A stretch of DNA of 64,000 nucleotides from positions 62,001 to 126,000 of the forward strand of contig JAQGDQ010000010.1 of NCBI GenBank assembly GCA_030141605.1, written 5' to 3'. The notes under the pieces were generated by a model that saw only the letters and a program-made list of their open reading frames with translations, did not search any database and had not been told where the DNA came from. This document shows, in pieces, positions 61,601 to 64,000 of this stretch; positions within the stretch are counted from its first letter, which is position 1, and each line of letters starts with the position of its first letter. The stretch is from Tubiluchus corallicola (taxonomy: Eukaryota > Animalia > Priapulida). The position numbers and the translations under genes are program-made.

Positions 61601-64000
61601 AATCGAAGGCTTTATCCTACTAAAAGCAGATTTAGCATTTGAGAAAGTAAGTGTGATTTTTTTGCTGTTAAATAATTTTAATGTTTTTTTCTATGACACG
61701 ACTTATCCAGGAAAAATTTTCTTTCAAAATTTTTTGTGGGAAGTTATTATTTTTTCTGAAAAATCGTTCTTCTGTGAAAAAAACCGCTTTTACTAGGAAT
61801 CGGACCTAAACCGCATGCTCACTTTGCTCAGTAGCACACGCCCGCTCTGTGCAGTGTACACATGTGGCTTTTAAATCTATGGTTAACATAAAATTTTGTG
61901 TTCAGTATTCAACTTTTTACATTTTGCGCCAGTTTATCGGCTGTAGCATGGCTGCAGTGCATCAAGTGTAGTGTATTCTGCGCAAAGTCTGTAGAAACTA
62001 GCAAGGCTTCTGAATTTTTAGCTATAAAGGCGAGAGGTTGTCAGCTACTGAACTATATAGATATACTGCAAAAAGATTTAGCGAATACAACTCTGCATTT
62101 GAGCGCTGATACATCACCAAGCTTCAACAGGTGGCGTGCTCTATGTTTTAGAACGCAAACGACGATGTAGAGTCACTATAATTATATAGAGTAGAGTGTA
62201 GAGTAATACAGTTTGTAGTTAAGATGAGAGATAAGAGTAGTACAGTGAGTTGATAAGATTGCAAAGATATTTTTCTTTGTAAATAAATTGTTTAAGTTTA
62301 ATATTTGTAGAAACATATTTTTCTAAGTTACTTAGTTAGTTTTAGATTAGGGAATAAATTAAAGGTCATTAAAATTCCAGAAATATTTTTGTTGGAAAGA
62401 CATGAATGCTTTGCTCATAACAGTGATTGCAAGTGCAATTCCGGTTGTTTTGATAACTGACTTAATAATGAGTATGATAAAAGGTTGAAATGGGCATATA
62501 CATTACCCATGTAGTTTTCAGACTTGTGACTAAAAAAAACTCACGCCACTATGAGACAATCTGATTAGCTCCTTCAGGACCACACCATTAAAAATAGGTC
62601 TTATAAGACCTATGATTTTTTGCTGCTGTATGAACACAGACATGACTAAATTATTACAAATTAGGTACTTTTTTATTCAGGAGAATCTTGGTCATACTAT
62701 TTGTTTAAACATTTATAAGAGTGATTTAATTAGGTAAAATTAAGAAAAACACACCCTCTTCAAGCACTCCAACTTAGCCTATTGAGTAGCTTATTCTGGT
62801 GTACATTTGTGTTATTAGTACACACTAATTTATTGATCACCTGCTTGGTACAAGCCAAAGCCAGGTACAAAAAAAAACTGTTTCTGCCTTACCTTATGAG
62901 CTCAAAAGATATAAGTAGAGTGGGAGCAATTTTTTTTTAAAGCTTTGTGAATGTATGTATAAAGCTGAATCATGAAATAATTTAAAATCAGTTGAAATCA
63001 AAGTTTGTTTCTTTGTTTCCCACTGGTTAGCAGTAATGTTTTAAATTTTTTCAATGCACATTTTTTCACACTTTGTTTTTTAGTTTCACATTACTAAATT
63101 ATCGTATAATTATCGATTATTGTATAGTCTCTTTTTTGTATAAATGAATGTGTATGTTCTGATGATTCTGGTATAAGTGGCAACACTACTCGGCCATTAA
63201 TACACCGATTTGGCATAACTTCGATACTTTTTAGCCTCGAATACAATGAGCGTCATACAAAATGGCAACCTTGGCGGAGAGTTAGCCGTGGAAAAACACG
63301 GCCACATCCTGCATTCCCCGAAAGAACGATGTTATAATAATTATTGTGTTTTACATTTTAAATTTAAAAAATACGCTTTTGTATGACTCTGTCAAGTAAG
63401 TATATGAACGTACAAAAAAATTATATAATTCCTGGCCAGGTGCACAATAAAAAAATGTTATCCGGGTGATTAGGCGTAAACAGAAGTATTTTTATTGTCG
63501 GCCTAAGCTGTACACTGTTCTGCTGCTATTCCAGAAAAAAACCACCAATCTGCCAAGGACAAATTAAGGTCGTTTTATCTTTTAACAGCAATTTCTCCTT
63601 AAAATAGAGTAGACTTCAGACCAAAATGTATCAGAGTGTTGTGTCTGGACAGTTGAAATTTTCTGCATTGGCCGATTTCACACAAGTGATGCAGTGCCTT
63701 GTTATAGTGCAAACACTGTAGCTACTGCTGAAAGCTTTTTTTCATCAAAAATCGATTTTTAATTTGTATAAGGTCAGCAAATGTATTTTGTATATAATTT
63801 TGCATGAAAATCCATTGTGCATGGAGTAGAAACCTTTAAAAATTATCAAATGTAACATAATCTCTACTTAGTGAGAGTAGTTTTTCGTCAACCTATGCAA
63901 AATGCAGCAAACGCTTACAGTCCTGAAGGATTTAATCTGATACTTAATGGTATTAGCCTAAGTATAAGTATTTCTAACTACGTAATAAATTATGCAACTG

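Larger units (their letters stand above)
59705..61812. mobile_element. Putative foldback/MITE-like element (copy B), containing a LINE 3' fragment and a GA-rich tract
   Basis: Shares tttcccagaaa...tcgtttcatagaaa (left arm) and GA tract + gaatcgaaggc.ttatccta.taaaa + right arm ending cctaaacc with 28860-30465. Confidence 0.45.

Overview
AT-rich, intron-containing animal (invertebrate-type) genomic DNA. Gene models below were assembled by hand from GT-AG sites with phase checks. The window holds: (1) a 3-exon gene for a secreted, Cys-free protein with Gly/Tyr-rich ends and an Asp/Glu-rich core (698-3352, +), followed by a frameshifted tandem copy (6837-8566); (2) a repeat-rich stretch with LINE remnants and microsatellites (about 9-23 kb); (3) a 9-exon DEG/ENaC channel gene (23649-32683, +), followed by a perfect 118-bp palindrome and a 734-bp hAT element with intact TIRs and TSD; (4) three minus-strand genes, TATDN2 (56518-49370), CENP-W (45646-42990, largely missed by the ORF track) and a nearly intronless KDM5/lid demethylase (42928-36219). 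The most striking observation is that the CENP-W stop codon lies only 61 nt upstream of the KDM5 ATG, apparently within one exon and with no AATAAA between them. This suggests a bicistronic CENP-W-KDM5 transcription unit, possibly formed by KDM5 retroposition into the CENP-W 3' UTR. No transcript data were available, so all splice models are predictions.
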